A stretch of 64,000 bases of DNA from Octopus sinensis (lineage: Eukaryota): assembly GCF_006345805.1 (NCBI RefSeq), contig NC_043002.1:99572001-99636000 (forward strand), given 5' to 3'. The notes below the pieces were generated by a model. The model was given only the letters and a program-made list of their open reading frames with translations, was not told the origin of the DNA and made no database searches. A program made the translations under genes and the position numbers. Each line of letters starts with the position of its first letter. The stretch's first letter is position 1. Of the stretch, positions 1 to 13,883 are shown in pieces.

Positions 1-758
1 AGACAGAGAAAAATAAGGCTGTGGATGACAAAAAAGTGATTTAAAACCGGAGACGGAGGCTCTGATTTGTGTTGCCAAAGAGCAAGCTCTAAGAACAAAC
101 TACATAAAATACAGAATAGACAACACATCAGAAAGTGATGCATAGAATCGGTTTGGCATATTACCTACCAATATACGCCAGTACCCCAGAAGGAATATAA
201 GAGACGCCACGTCACTTTGCAGCAAGTATGAACTTGACAGAGCAAAAATTTCATAGGACGGCAAACCTGAAGCCATCGTCGAAAATTGAAATGCAAAGAT
301 CCTATGGGATTTTATGATTCAATGCGACTATGAGATAGAGAACAGGAAGACAGACATAGTCTTAATTGAGAAAGAAAACAACCAATGCTGGATCATATAT
401 ATAGCGTGCCCAGCTGACAACAAGGTGTACGATAAAGAAGAAATAAAAGTCGAGATATATGACAGGTTAGTTAAGCAGTTGTGGTCGATGAAAAAGTTAG
501 TTGTAGTACCAATAATTGTCGGAGCCCTGGGAACAGTGAGCAAAAAGTTCGAGAAATACGTGGAACAAATAGAGGCTGTAATAAGAGTGGAGCACTTACA
601 GAAAACAGCACTGCTTGGAACCGCTCGAATAGTCCGGAAGGTACTCGAAAAATAAGATGTATAACCTTAGTTCCCTGGTAGTGAACAGCTGACTGTAGTA
701 CATCTCCAGCGTTAGAAGCTGTTTAAAGGCAATGGTGATGATGATGACCATCATCATA
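1..758 (+). mobile_element. R4/Dong-clade non-LTR retrotransposon, 3' fragment (RLE endonuclease region plus 3' UTR), degenerate
   Basis: ORF 314-655 (..TDIVLIEK..CWIIYIACPADN..KE..Y..VVPIIVGALG..LQKTALLGTARIVRKVL) matches the PD..D-type RLE C-terminus. Upstream bases translate to a KPETEALICVAKEQALRTNY-like motif. The copy ends in an (AAT)n tract. Confidence 0.85.
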
Positions 759-760
759 AC

Positions 761-803
<43 letters not shown>

Positions 804-830
804 TAATAATAATAATAATAATAATAATAA

Positions 831-866
<36 letters not shown>
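759..866. repeat. (AAT)n microsatellite, tail or target of the Dong-like element
   Basis: Direct inspection. Confidence 0.95.
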
Positions 867-867
<1 letters not shown>

Positions 868-1042
868 TCGAAAACTACCTTACGAATGAGAACACGTTTA
901 AAATTTCTCCAAGACGGCTGATGAAGGATGGAGGGTATATCGGTCGAAACGTCTTGTTAACTACAATGATGAGGACAAATATACGTCACATACAAATGTA
1001 AATAATGTACATAATTCCTCATCACTTAAATATAGAACTGTA

Positions 1043-1045
<3 letters not shown>
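867..1045 (+). mobile_element. Short non-coding repeat with hammerhead-like motif, probably Penelope-like-derived
   Basis: CTGATGA (918-924), weak stem, GAAAC-GTC (946-953); lies between (AAT)n and (TA)n tracts. Confidence 0.5.
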
Positions 1046-1111
<66 letters not shown>

Positions 1112-1187
1112 CATACATACATACATACATACATACATACATACATACATAAATACATACATACATACATACATGCATACATACATG
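1046..1187. repeat. (TA)n followed by (ACAT)n microsatellite
   Basis: Direct inspection. Confidence 0.95.
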
Positions 1188-2050
1188 CAAGAAAAGCTTC
1201 CATGTAATTTCATGGTTATGGAAGAAGACTCTTGCAAATACTATACTAGTGCGAAGACAAATTAATCTCGAAACCATATGCTTACGAAGCAAGCCTCTTA
1301 ATCACACTGTCATTGCTTCCCCAAATAGAAATGATAAGATAGGCTGGTAATTATGATATCACGCATTTTTCTCAAGATGCATTTGGATATATTTCATAGA
1401 ACAAAACACATTATCTTCAAAACCAACATTCGTTATGTAACACAGGAAATAGTTAAAGATTTAAGAACTACAGTTACTATACGTCTGAATCTTCATCTCG
1501 TTTATGAACCTAATTGAATTTACACAGATTACTGATCGGATTTTCGTCAGGTTAATGCACGACATAACCTAAGAATATACTCTTTCCTCTATGTCCTTCT
1601 TTCTTTTTCTCTACGTTTCTACCACGCTCCCTAATCGATGTGTCTATCTATCTCGTTATCAGTCTACACAAATAGCTATTTATTTATGTGTACGAATGTA
1701 GTAACACGTCATTCGAATCATATTTCCACAGATGGTAATTTAAGTATTAATATTACTTCACTTATTACATTATATTTCCTGATTATGTGAACTGAGTGTA
1801 GTACTTCTCTGGCTACATTCCGTTTCTAGTCTACGATTTCCTATTAGGCGTACTTCCTCTGGCTTGCTTAGCTGTGCAATTTTCCTGCGCTGCTAGGGCT
1901 CCCATTACTGATCTTTCAGTAAGATCACAGCTTTGTAACGCACAGTGAATCTATGAAATGTCGACATTGATTTTCCAATAAACATTTGAAATGCCACTGG
2001 TATAATAATTTATTTTCTTTTAAACGTATCCAGGATGATAATAATAATAA

Positions 2051-2584
2051 TATGGCTCTCGTGACTTCTGATCTTAACTGATTGGAAGTGTTATCATGTA
2101 TATTGTTTTGTCTTGGTATAAAAGATGAGCTACAGCAAATATTCTGCTCAATACCACAGATTTGCTTGTCAGTTGTTTGACTTTAACCAGTTGAGCATAT
2201 CCCTTAGTGGCTGACGATATGTGCATCTCTGATCACGAGCAGAAGTAGTGGGGGAGCATCATAGCCATGTGTCGAGAGGGACTCTTTGGGATTTAAATAA
2301 TTCACCTCTGGAAACATGGGTGTTTCGTTCAACATCCTTAAACAACCCTTATTCAGAGACCTTTCGTGTGGGATGGGTTACTCGACCTGAAGAAAATTCT
2401 AACTGGGCCCCACCTGCAAGGTCATGTGTTGTTTATTTTTATATGAGATCACCATGACGCGCACATATGGTTGTGATGCATGTGCCTAGTGTACCCTTAT
2501 CAGACGGGTAGTCATGATGGGTATACTGGGATTCGTATATTTTACCCCAGTGTCACTTTGATGGCATGCACTGCTCTCTCACTC
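2051..2584 (+). mobile_element. Non-coding (AAT)n-bounded retroposed element, copy X1
   Basis: Flanked by (AAT)n on both sides, ends ..ctgctctctcactc(aat)n, and is homologous to 2745-3110. Confidence 0.65.
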
Positions 2585-2744
<160 letters not shown>

Positions 2745-3108
2745 TTGAGCATGTCCTTTAGTGTCTGACGATATGTGCATCTCTGATTAAAGCCACGTGT
2801 CGAGAGGAATTCTTTGGGATTTGGATAATTTACATCTGGAAACATGAGTGTTTTGTTCATTATCCTTAAACAAACCTTTTTCAGGGACCTTTTGAGCGGG
2901 GTGAGCTACTCAACCTGAAGAAACTTGGCCCCACCTGCAAAGTCATCCGCTCTTTATCTTGATATAAGATCACCATGTCGCGCACATATGGTTGTTCTGC
3001 ATGTGCCTAGGGTTACCTTATAAGACGGGTAGTCATGATGAGCATATTGGGCTTCGTATTTTTCTACTCATATGTCACTTTGATGACATGCGCTGCTCTC
3101 TCATTCAC

Positions 3109-3110
<2 letters not shown>
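2745..3110 (+). mobile_element. Non-coding (AAT)n-bounded element, 5'-truncated copy X2
   Basis: Shares ctgacgatatgtgcatctctgat..ccccacctgcaa..gacgggtagtcatgatg..gtcactttgatg..ctgctctctca with X1 and ends in (AAT)n. Confidence 0.65.
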
Positions 3111-3169
<59 letters not shown>

Positions 3170-3172
<3 letters not shown>

Positions 3173-5570
3173 CTGAAGAGGTCACCCAGGCACTGCAAAA
3201 ACTAAGCAACTGGAAGGCACCTGGGCATGACAAGATCCCCAACTTCTGGTTGAAATATCTAACAGGAATGCACAAAAAGCTGGCTGAAAACTTTAACAGC
3301 ATACTAGCAGAGCCAGAGAAAATGCCTGAATGGCTCACGAAGGGGAAAACCATCTTAATTCCCAAATCAAATGAAACAGCAAAACCAGAAAACTACAGAC
3401 CAATAACCTGCCTCCCTACTATGTTCAAGGCATTTACTGCAGTGATATCGCAAAGGCTGAACAAGCACCTGGACGAAAACAAACTGTTCCCAGAAGAGCA
3501 GAAAGGATGCCGCAAAGGCTCATATGGCTGTAAAGATCAACTAATGATCAATAAAGCCGTAACTGAAGACAGCCACAGAAAGAAGAAAGGCCTCAGTATG
3601 GCCTGGATTGACTACAAAAAGGCGTTTGATAGCATCCCCCACACATGGATCCTTGAAACACTAGCCATTAACAAAGTAGTACCAACAATCATAAAATTCA
3701 TAGAGCACTCTATGAATAAATGGCAAACAGTCCTACATCTCCAAACAAAAGAGGGACTCATGAAAACCAAAGACATCCCCATCAGAAGAGGAATATTCCA
3801 GGGAGAGGCTCTCTCCACTCCTTTTCTGCTTGGCACTGTCACCTCTATCTGATATGCTAAATAGAACTGGATGCAGATATAAATGTTACGGCAAAACGAT
3901 CAGCCACCTTTATATATGGATGACCTAAAACTATACGCTGCAAATGACAAACAGCTGGAAACACTATTAAAGACAGTTCATGGATTTACCAAAGAAATAG
4001 ATATGAAATTTGGATTAGAAAAATGCGTCAAAGTAACCATGAAAAGAGGAAAACTAGTTAAAAGTAACAACATCACACTAGATAAAACCAATGAAATAAA
4101 AGAATTAGACCAAAGCCAAACTTACAAATACTTAGGAATCCATGAACTAGATAAGACACAACACACACAAATGAAAGAGAAAATAAAAAAAGAATATTAT
4201 AGACGAGTTAGATCAATACTAAAAACAGAGCTCAATGCTAAAAACAAGATAATAGGTATCAACACTTTAGCTGTCCCAGTTATAAGTTACAGCTACAATA
4301 TCCTTAACTGGACACGAAATGAACTGTCCAAAATAGATAGGAAAACAAGAAAAATACTGACAGGATCTAGGATGCATCACCCAAAATCTGACATAGAAAG
4401 ACTATATATACAACGTATAGAAGGTGGTAGAGGCCTTATACAGCTGGAAAACTACTATAAAATAACCACCATAGGACTGCAAAAATACCTACTTCAGAAG
4501 GAAGGAAAACTGATCCAGATAGCAGCAAAACACGAGCAAAACAAAAAACTGTCCTCAGTATTAAGGAAGCTGACAAATACAAACAAGAAATCATACCACC
4601 TAATAACACGAAGAAGAAGAAGAAGAAGATGATGAAGAAACAACAAAAGCTATAAAACAAATGAAATCCAAACTAAAAATAGAACAGCAACGAACCATGA
4701 TAAAACGATGGCAAGAAAAGCCCCTTCATGGTAAATACTGCACTAAACTAAACGCAAAAGAAATAGACAAAGAAAGATCCCAGCAATGGTTGAGAAGCTC
4801 AGGACTCAAAGCAGAAACAGAGGGATTTTTAATTGCAGCACAAGACCAAAGCCTCCCCACCCGAAATTACCAAAAACATGTAATGAAAAGAAATATTACA
4901 AGTAACTGCAGAATATGTGGAGATGGACAAGAAACAATAAATCATATTATCTCTAGCTGCCCAGTCCTGGCTAAGAAGGAATATATTCACAGACATGACA
5001 GAGTTGGAACCTACATACACTGGAAGCTATGCCAACATTATGGAATAACAACAGAAAAAAGATGGTATAGGCACACACCAGAAAAGGTTACAGAAAACGA
5101 GAAAGCAACAATACTCTGGGATATGCCGATACACACAGATAGAGAAATTAAGGCCAACAGACCAGATATTGTTGTCAGAGATCATGAAGAAAAAAAATGC
5201 TTTCCAATTGATTTATCAATACCGGCAGATGACAACGTGTCTCTAAAATAAATGGAGAAACTCTCAAAATACAAAGACCTGGAAATAGAGGTAACTAGAA
5301 TGTGGAATCTGAAAACAGAAACAATTCCTATCATAGTAGGTGCATTAGGCATGATAAAAAAATATTCAGACAAATACATAACAAAAACACCAGGACTTAC
5401 AAACACATATATCATACAGAAAATTGCACTACTAGGCACTGCACACATCCTACGCAGAGCACTTTCCATACAATAACCATCAGAGCATCACAACAAATCA
5501 CAGCACATACCCAAGGCACACAGAGCTGCGCTCGGTAGTGAAGTGAAAGCACGCTATAAAAATAAAACTA

Positions 5571-5573
<3 letters not shown>
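3170..5573 (+). mobile_element. R4/Dong-clade non-LTR retrotransposon, 5'-truncated, inserted in (AAT)n
   Basis: RT motifs (WKAPGHDKIPNFWLK, NYRPITCLPT, AWIDYKKAFDS, RGIFQG, YMDDLKLY, YKYLG), zinc knuckle CRICGDGQETINHIISSC, and RLE motifs RHD..RPDIVV..ID..KY..QKIALLGT. (AAT)n lies on both sides. Confidence 0.93.
3171..5476 (+). pseudogene. Disrupted RT-zinc knuckle-RLE polyprotein of the Dong-like element
   Basis: Split across ORFs 2992-3852, 3883-4632, 4661-5251 and 5252-5476. There are apparent single-base losses near 3812, 3910, 4560 and 4608, and an in-frame TAA at 5249-5251. Confidence 0.88.

Positions 5574-5646
<73 letters not shown>
5574..5646. repeat. (AAT)n microsatellite
   Basis: Direct inspection. 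Confidence 0.95.
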
Positions 5647-5650
<4 letters not shown>

Positions 5651-5651
5651 C

Positions 5652-5852
5652 AATGATCCTTTCTACTAAAGGCACAAGACCTGCAATTTTAAAGGAGGGG
5701 ACTAGTCGATGATATGGACCCGAGTGTTTCAATGATACTTAGTTTATCGACCCGGAAAGGCAAAATCGACTTGGGTGGAATTTGAACTTGGAACGTAAAG
5801 GATGACGAAATGCCGCTAAGCATTTTATTCCGCATGCTAACGATCCTACCAA
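5652..5852 (-). mobile_element. MetaSINE-like tRNA-derived SINE, older subfamily, degenerate
   Basis: The reverse complement contains gttcaaattccacc..gtcgattttgcctttccgggtcgataaac, resembling the Meta domain and other copies in the window. Confidence 0.7.
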
Positions 5853-6060
5853 TATAGTTTATGCAGAAAAGACACACAAATTATGTCGTCAATTTGATTG
5901 ATGCTTATTTTGTCAACGCTGAATAGGTAAAAATACAAGTTCATCGCACCGGAATTTCTACGCTGAATGTAAGTGCACACAGTGGGTTACTTCATGGCAT
6001 TTAATGCATTTACTTCAACACAATGCAAATTCAATAACTTCTTTACTTCCTTTAACTTCG

Positions 6061-6068
6061 TTTATTAA

Positions 6069-6101
<33 letters not shown>

Positions 6102-6161
6102 CATTATTATTATTATTAATATTCTTCTTCTTCTTCTTCTTCTTCTTCTTCTTCTTTCTTC

Positions 6162-6210
<49 letters not shown>

Positions 6211-6284
6211 CATTATTATTATTATTAATACTATTATTATTATTATTATTATTATTAATACTATTATCATGATTATTAATATTA

Positions 6285-6330
<46 letters not shown>

Positions 6331-6402
6331 CATTGCTATTATTATTATTACTATACTTATTATTATTATTATTATTAAATATTATTATTATTATTATCAT
6401 CA

Positions 6403-6462
<60 letters not shown>

Positions 6463-6483
6463 TCATTGTTATTATTTTTATTA

Positions 6484-6566
<83 letters not shown>
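6061..6566. repeat. Compound (ATT)n/(TTC)n microsatellite, about 500 bp
   Basis: Direct inspection; the minus-strand Dong-like 3' end abuts it. Confidence 0.95.
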
Positions 6567-8010
6567 TTCTCTTTATCAAAGGTTTTGTTGGAGCTCTTGA
6601 ATTCTTGCATTCGTATATCTGGCTTACTATCTGCCCTCCTACGCTACCATGCTATTCGTTCTTTTCAGCTCTCTAATACTTTCTTGGTTATTCCAGCCGT
6701 GTCAAGGAGACAAATCTTTTATAACAGCTCTACTGGGAACTCTATTCCAATTTCCTTTATATTCCTCATGATACCTTCTGATACTGTTCTCAAGGACCCA
6801 ACAATAATTGGCACTATCTTCATCTTCTTCATTTTCCATGGTCGGGCTATTTCGTACTTAAGAGCGTTGTAGCTATCTATCGTTTCGTCTCCCTCCTTGA
6901 CTATTCGTGGGTCAAAAGGGCTTGCAACATCAACTATATTGCATATGTGGTGCATCTTGTCCACCACTGCTAGGTCCAGTGTGTTATGTTCTAGTACCTG
7001 ATCCGTTTGGATTGGGAAATCCCAGATGATTTTTCTAGTCTCCGACTCTGCCACTCTCTGCGGTTTGTTCTCATATCATGTCTCGCCTCTCTCTAGCCCC
7101 CACTTTTTGCACAGTTTCCAACGTAGCACTGTCGATACCTGGTCGTGTTTCCACAACTTGTAGTAGTTTTGGGCAAGTCTAGGGCTTTCGTTCGTGATAT
7201 GGGCAATAGTTTCATCCACTCTATTGCAGATGTGGTACAACGGAGACAATTGTTCATTCTGAAGGTTTGTGACCAAAGCTTGATCCTGCGCTGCCAGTAT
7301 AGCGCCCTCGGTCTCTCTTTTTAGGGTTACTTTCGTCAGCCAATCGCACATATTTTTCCAGCCACTTCTTTTGTGGCTACATGGAAATGATAGTGTAGTC
7401 CCTTCTTGCGTAATTCTTCTTGATGTCCTTTTCGTACTGCTTCTTTTGATTTCCTTTTTTTTATTTTCTGCTCTCAATACTCCCTGGTTCCTAACTGTCA
7501 TTAGTAAGGTTTCCTTACTTTGGACTAAGTATTTCATTAAGCTCTCGAATTCGATAAGCACACAGTCTTCCACATATATTAGTTCTTTTCCTCCATTTGC
7601 CCTCTTCATGTATAGGCGATCAGTGTCTGAACGTGGATGATGGTCTCCATGTCTCGTTAGAAGATTCCTTGTCTTACTCTCCATCTCCTTAAGCACCTCC
7701 TCTGTCTATTTCAGGATTCCAGCGCCATACCGATCTACTGCGACTGCGCGCGAGTTTATTGCCGCAATTACTTTTATGGCATTCAGCATTAAAGTCACTA
7801 TTTTTCCCACTCGCCAGCAGGTGCTCTCTTTTTGTCTTTTCTTATGGGGGTGTGATTCAGGTCAACACCAGCTTGTCGTGGTGTTTGATTCCATCTGCCT
7901 CAAGTATTCCTAGGTATTTATAACTGTATTGAGGTTGAATTGCCTTAATCATTTCACCATTATTATTTTTTCTTCTTTCAATATATTTCCATTTCTTGCC
8001 GAATGTCTTC
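6567..8010 (-). mobile_element. R4/Dong-clade element, degenerate 3' part
   Basis: ORFs 7076-7696 (HHPRSDTDRLY..ETEGAILAAQDQAL..HICNRVDETIAHI..KHD) and 6719-7054 (IIWDFPIQTD..IVPIIVGSL), plus a YKYLGILEAD fragment at about 7870-7930. The 3' end runs into (ATT)n. Confidence 0.85.
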
Positions 8011-8099
8011 ACGACAACAAGGGCAAAGAATTTCAATGTATACATTGATAGGCCATTAAATTAAACACACCAGTTAGTTCTTTTTCAAAATCAAATGAA

Positions 8100-9800
8100 A
8101 ATATGTGAATAAAAATTACATGGTGGCAATTGTTCTCACAGGGACAATGTCCTTCTCAGTTCGAGTGTTTTACCAGTTAAAACAATCTTTTGCCCGTCAT
8201 GCAGAGATGTTAAGCAAAGGAACATTCTCAAATAATTGTTTCATCATTACAATCACTAATATTGTAACCGCATTGAAATGGCCCATGTTTTCGATTTCAG
8301 TGAGCAAATCTTTATATTTTCTCAGCTAATCTAATTTTTTGCCGAAATAGGATCACAAGGAATACTCATGCCGATCAATAAATAGGCTTTATTGTTTTAG
8401 TCTTCCCCAACAGTACTCGTGTTATTAGTTTTGATGGTTCTGTCTGTATTTACCGGAAAGTCCCAAATAATCGTTACAGTTTCTCCCTCATCTACAGCCT
8501 TAGTTTGATGCCTGTACTACTTTTAAAATATCGACATAGTAACCAGTATGGATATTGACCAACTCTGTCGTGTCTTGATTTACTGTCCACTGTTCTAAAA
8601 GTCTACATCTAGTGATTAGGTGGTACACTATTTCATTCTCATCATTGCAGAATCGGCACTTTGCATCTACTCCATTTTCATTACACTGGCTTGACAATTA
8701 CGCGTCAATAAGCTTTGATCTTGAGTAATCAAGATGAAACCTGTAGCCGCTGATGGGTGTTAATCAGGTCAACACCACCTTGTTTCTTACGGGCCACATA
8801 TTTGTCATGCAGAAATGTCTGCTCCCCCCTCTAAACAAAATGTCCAGTCATGTTTCTCCTTGTCATTGATTTTTCACCTCTGCAACAATATTTTCCTGGG
8901 TATTATGCATGTTGTCAATAGCAAATATTTTTGCTCTCCTTCATGACAGAATGAAGCTTCTCATACCACTCGTGATTATGAGCAAGTTTTAGTATCCAGT
9001 CGTTTGTTGTTGCAAGTTATCTACCCTATCGAATTTCAATGGTTTTGCTAGGGAGATCAAAAAATTAGATCAAACCTCGATTTCCTTGAGCTCTGGGGAG
9101 GTAGACATACTTCGTCTGCCTTTGGGTGGTACACCGCATTACAAGTCAGTAGCCTACGTATTTTTCTGTCACTTTTCTTATTTCACTGATATTCCAGTTC
9201 AACACACTCAGGCTACAAATAACAACTGGAAATGCTAAAGAATTTATGGCTCACATATTCTTATGTGCATTTAGCTCAGATTTCAGGAGTGCTCAAACTC
9301 GCTTATAACATTCCTTCTTGATCTTCTCATTCATGCTTGTATTTTGAATGCCAGAGCCTTCATTTATTTCCTGATATTTATAGGTTTGTTCCTGCTCAGG
9401 TCCTTCTGTAAGTGTGTCGACATCTTACACGACTGAAATTGAGGACTTCAACTTCATTTTCTGAAAAATTGTCCTTGGAATTTGGTCTTCATTGAATGCT
9501 TTCACAGTACATAATAAGCCTTCAAGCTCATTATTGTCTTTGCGCTAGAGATTTAAGTCACCCATGTAAAATATATTATTATTAGATGATTTTTGCCTGA
9601 AAAATATGCATAATACCCGAACACACTTTTACGTTTCTCCTGGCATTCATTCTCATTTAACTATAAATTTGTTTTAAATGGCTTAGAGAAATATGCAGGC
9701 AAGGCTTTTACACTCGAAGACACCAGCACAAAGCGCACATAACCGGGAATTTTGCTTACCCTTCAATCCACAACATGCTTCTAGAGGGCGCGAAACTCAT
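8100..9800 (-). mobile_element. Fourth R4/Dong-clade element, highly degenerate
   Basis: Manual minus-strand translation gives YMGDL (about 9560), TYKYQ (about 9375), YHPKAD (about 9130), CRFCNDENEIVYHLITRC (ORF 8500-8697), IIWDFPVNTD (about 8460), KYKDL and a terminal RRTLSL* (about 8140). Confidence 0.75.
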
Positions 9801-10327
9801 ATAAAGATCACTGTCTACGACTGACAAATGCATTTCGTGTTAGGATAATGGTGTTATCTCTCAATATTATTGAAATGTAAAGATCTAATAGAAAACCTTT
9901 TGTGGTATGTATAAAGAATTTATAAAATTAATCGTAAATGTAAACAACTCAGGAACAGAATATTTGCAAATTTAACATCATTTAGAGACATTAATAGGAT
10001 ATGCCTTAGGGTAATTTTTGTTGTTTTCAATATCATTCCTAGCTGAGAAGACTTACGGTTAAGGATATTGCAACATTTACCTTTCTGAACATTTCCTTCT
10101 GAGTACAATATTTAACGTCTCCATTTCTTTTTATGATGGGAAATTCTACAGCTATTTAAGGCAGGTTGAATGATCACGTATCTGATTTCTTGTGGGCATC
10201 AATGGTGAGTGGAATAACACAATGTGTCGTGTGACTGATACAGAATATTTTCTTTCCATATGAAAACTGGATACAGTTTTATTTACAAATGGATCTCTTT
10301 CTCACTCTGTCTCTCGCTACACACACA

Positions 10328-10358
<31 letters not shown>

Positions 10359-10359
10359 C

Positions 10360-10421
<62 letters not shown>

Positions 10422-11574
10422 TGTGCGTAAGTGTGTGAGGGTGTGTTTGCACGCGTGTGTGTATGTGCCTACAGGTGGACGTAAGCAACCCTGCACTGTA
10501 CGCCAAAGAATCATGACAACAATGATTTGCTCTATACTCCAGTATTAATTTACCGAGGTCGTTGTTGTGGATGTAAAAATCCTTACAACTAGGTGGAGAT
10601 GGCCAATAATTTTGGTTTAAATTTTGACGATAGAACGACATTTGATGACAGCTGCTCGTATTGTACTCTATAACTTGGTCACTGTGGCCTTCCTTTGTGT
10701 TATTACAATAGACAATGTATTTCACATTATGTAGCATCTATTTCATATCGTATTACGTTTACACTTGTTTAATTGATCCTCATGTAAATAGATCATGTTC
10801 TAAACTTACACGGCATTTTTCGTTTATTTGTGGTAATCGCTGATGTCCTTAGTTCCCTGCACTTATATTTAAATAATATCTCTCTATTAGTATTATTCTG
10901 GTAGTTCATAGTGATATTTTATGTCATATAAGAAAGTTAGTCTTTTTGTTCTTGCAAGCTTGTTTTATTTACTAAGTGACACAGACATAAAATACACATA
11001 TGTAATGTCCATCCAGTCAACAGACTAAATCGATGAAATATAATCTTATAATGATACTGTGCTGCTAACATATTACTGACAATGTTCTAAACCATTCTAG
11101 AATACATTAAAGATAATTTACGCGGTACATATTCCTATAACATTTATCTTTCTGATTTTGTATTTGTTTTCTTAATAATTTTAGTGATTTTATTCATTGG
11201 CTAAACTCAATCATGGTGACTCCGATACTTACCTCTCGTCTTCACCCCTATGCTTTAAATTCTTACAATAAAATACAGTCGCTAAAATCATTACAAATTT
11301 GGTTGCTTTAATCATCAAAGTAGATAGTTTCAGTTACCTTTTTATCTAGCATTTTTTTTTTTTACTTCTGATGCAGTGAAGACCCATTTATCATCAGCAA
11401 TGATGATAAAATTGGATGTATTGAGAGATGACATACACAATAATTCCTTCGTATGTTTCAATACATTGATGATAGAAAAGAGGAATCCAAGGAAAGTATT
11501 AGTATTCTGCGTTGCAAAAGTACGTAGTGAAGTGTATTAATTAGGACAAGATTGTATGTTATAGAGAGGTAAAA

Positions 11575-11883
11575 CGAAAAACGTCGCCCTTTTCAAGCCT
11601 AGCCAGGCTCATAGGTCCGGTTTCCCAGTTTCTGTGGCGTATGTGCTCCCCCCAGCTGGACGGGACGCCAGTCCATCGCATTGTTACTCGAGAAACAGGA
11701 AGGGAGAGTAATGGAAAGTTGTGGCGAAAGAGTACACCAGGGGTTGCCACCCACCCTGCCGGATGCTCGTAGAGCTTTTAGGTGTTTTCACTCAATAAAT
11801 ACACACAACGCCCGGTCTGGGAGTCGAAACCACGATCCCCGACCGCGGGTCCGCTGCTCTAACCACTGGACCATTGCGCCTCC
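11575..11883 (-). mobile_element. tRNA-derived SINE family A, tail type 1
   Basis: Head ggaggcgcaatggtccagtggttag (A-box) and ggtttcgactcc (B-box). The tail contains gcgatggactggcgtcccgtccag, reminiscent of the V-SINE domain. Confidence 0.85.
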
Positions 11884-13485
11884 GTTATGGAGAGAAGTGG
11901 CATTTAACTTACGGCACAAAATATTTATCCGAGAAAAAGAAACAAAAATGGCTATATTCAACTGCTTAAATAAGTTTTCCTACGGCCTTAAAATGTCATA
12001 TACTTCTGCTCTCTGTATCCATACTTACATGTTTCACTGCTGCTTGGGACAAGTAAAAATAAAAGTTATAACACACGTATATAGAAGTGAATATATTAAA
12101 GCGTGGTTATTGATACTTGAAAATTGCTTTTCCCTCGAATTCTTCATATTTTCTCGATTAGATCCAGACAGCGAATATCAAGTACTGTTACTGTATATGC
12201 AAAAGTTCTTCACATTTGTGAAAAAAAAATTATTCATATTTACACGAATGATAAGTCTATTCTTTGCAAACAATATAACGTAAATGCTCTAAAAATATTG
12301 ACACGTCGATATTTAGATTTTTCAGCAGCATTATTATGGCACGATTAATTTCTGGAGATATATTGTCCTATATTGTATCCGGCTAATTTTGCTTCTTATA
12401 CTAACATTTTGTGTTTGCTTCTGCGTGGAAATTACAAAACGAATAAAATGCTCGCTTGAAAATACTATTAGTTATAGTAATCTTTCAGACAACAGAATTT
12501 TTCTCTTCGGGCTCTGAATATAACCATCACATTATGAACAACATATAGCATATTGACTTCATTTTATTCAATGCTACTTTACTATAATCCTTTGGTCGTA
12601 TTTCATAAAAAGAATTAATTGCATTTTTTAATCCTACGGAGAGAAAAGAAATAAAAATTATTGTCAGTAAAGTTTGAATTTTGACCCCTCTTTCTGAAAG
12701 CCATTTTCATATCAAATATTCTCTCGCCTTCAGCTTTGCATTAATTAGAGGCCAACAATTTAGAACAGAGTTACATAGAAGATTGTCGCCAACAACTAAA
12801 TAGCTATATTAAATTCTAAATCACATTCCCCATCAAACTCGATTTTAATTGAACAGTATGGAAACAAAAATGAAAAAAAAACCCACATCGATAAATGCAT
12901 ATTACGCGACATTTTTTGTTATACAACGAGTTTCAATAACACAAGCTGGTGGATCTTTTTGAAATATTAAAAACTAGCACTCAAAGAATTAAAATTTTGT
13001 TGTGACAAAAAATAATTTTTAAAATATATTATGCAAACCGGATTACGTAATTTACATTTAAATCATGTGTATAATTTCATCCATCATAATTACTTGTATC
13101 TTTACATTTCAAGAATTATAATTCATACTTTTGTTATGTACAGTAGTCTTTCTTTCACACGCACATACATACACGTTCATTCACATATATGTTTATTGAA
13201 TAAAATGTCTGAAAGCAGTAGGTAGCAACTAGTAAGCTATTTCCATTATCCGTTATTAGGTGGTTAATAAAATCCATTCGCTACAGATTTTGGAAATGAG
13301 AATAATCGGCATGAACACCAGGTTTGTTATTTGACGTTTTCAAATTAATAAATAAGCCAAGAACACTGAGGATGTTGTATGAAATTGGAAATTGGCGAAT
13401 TGCTTTAAGACATTAGATAAAATGTTTATAGATTTATTACAACAGATCCCATTGTGTTTCCTGTCATTCTGAAAAACAAATTATA

Positions 13486-13883
<398 letters not shown>

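Noticed and set aside
2992-3170. N-terminus of ORF 2992-3852 as part of the retrotransposon protein
   Set aside because: It is read-through from element X2 and the AAT tract; RT homology starts at about 3171.
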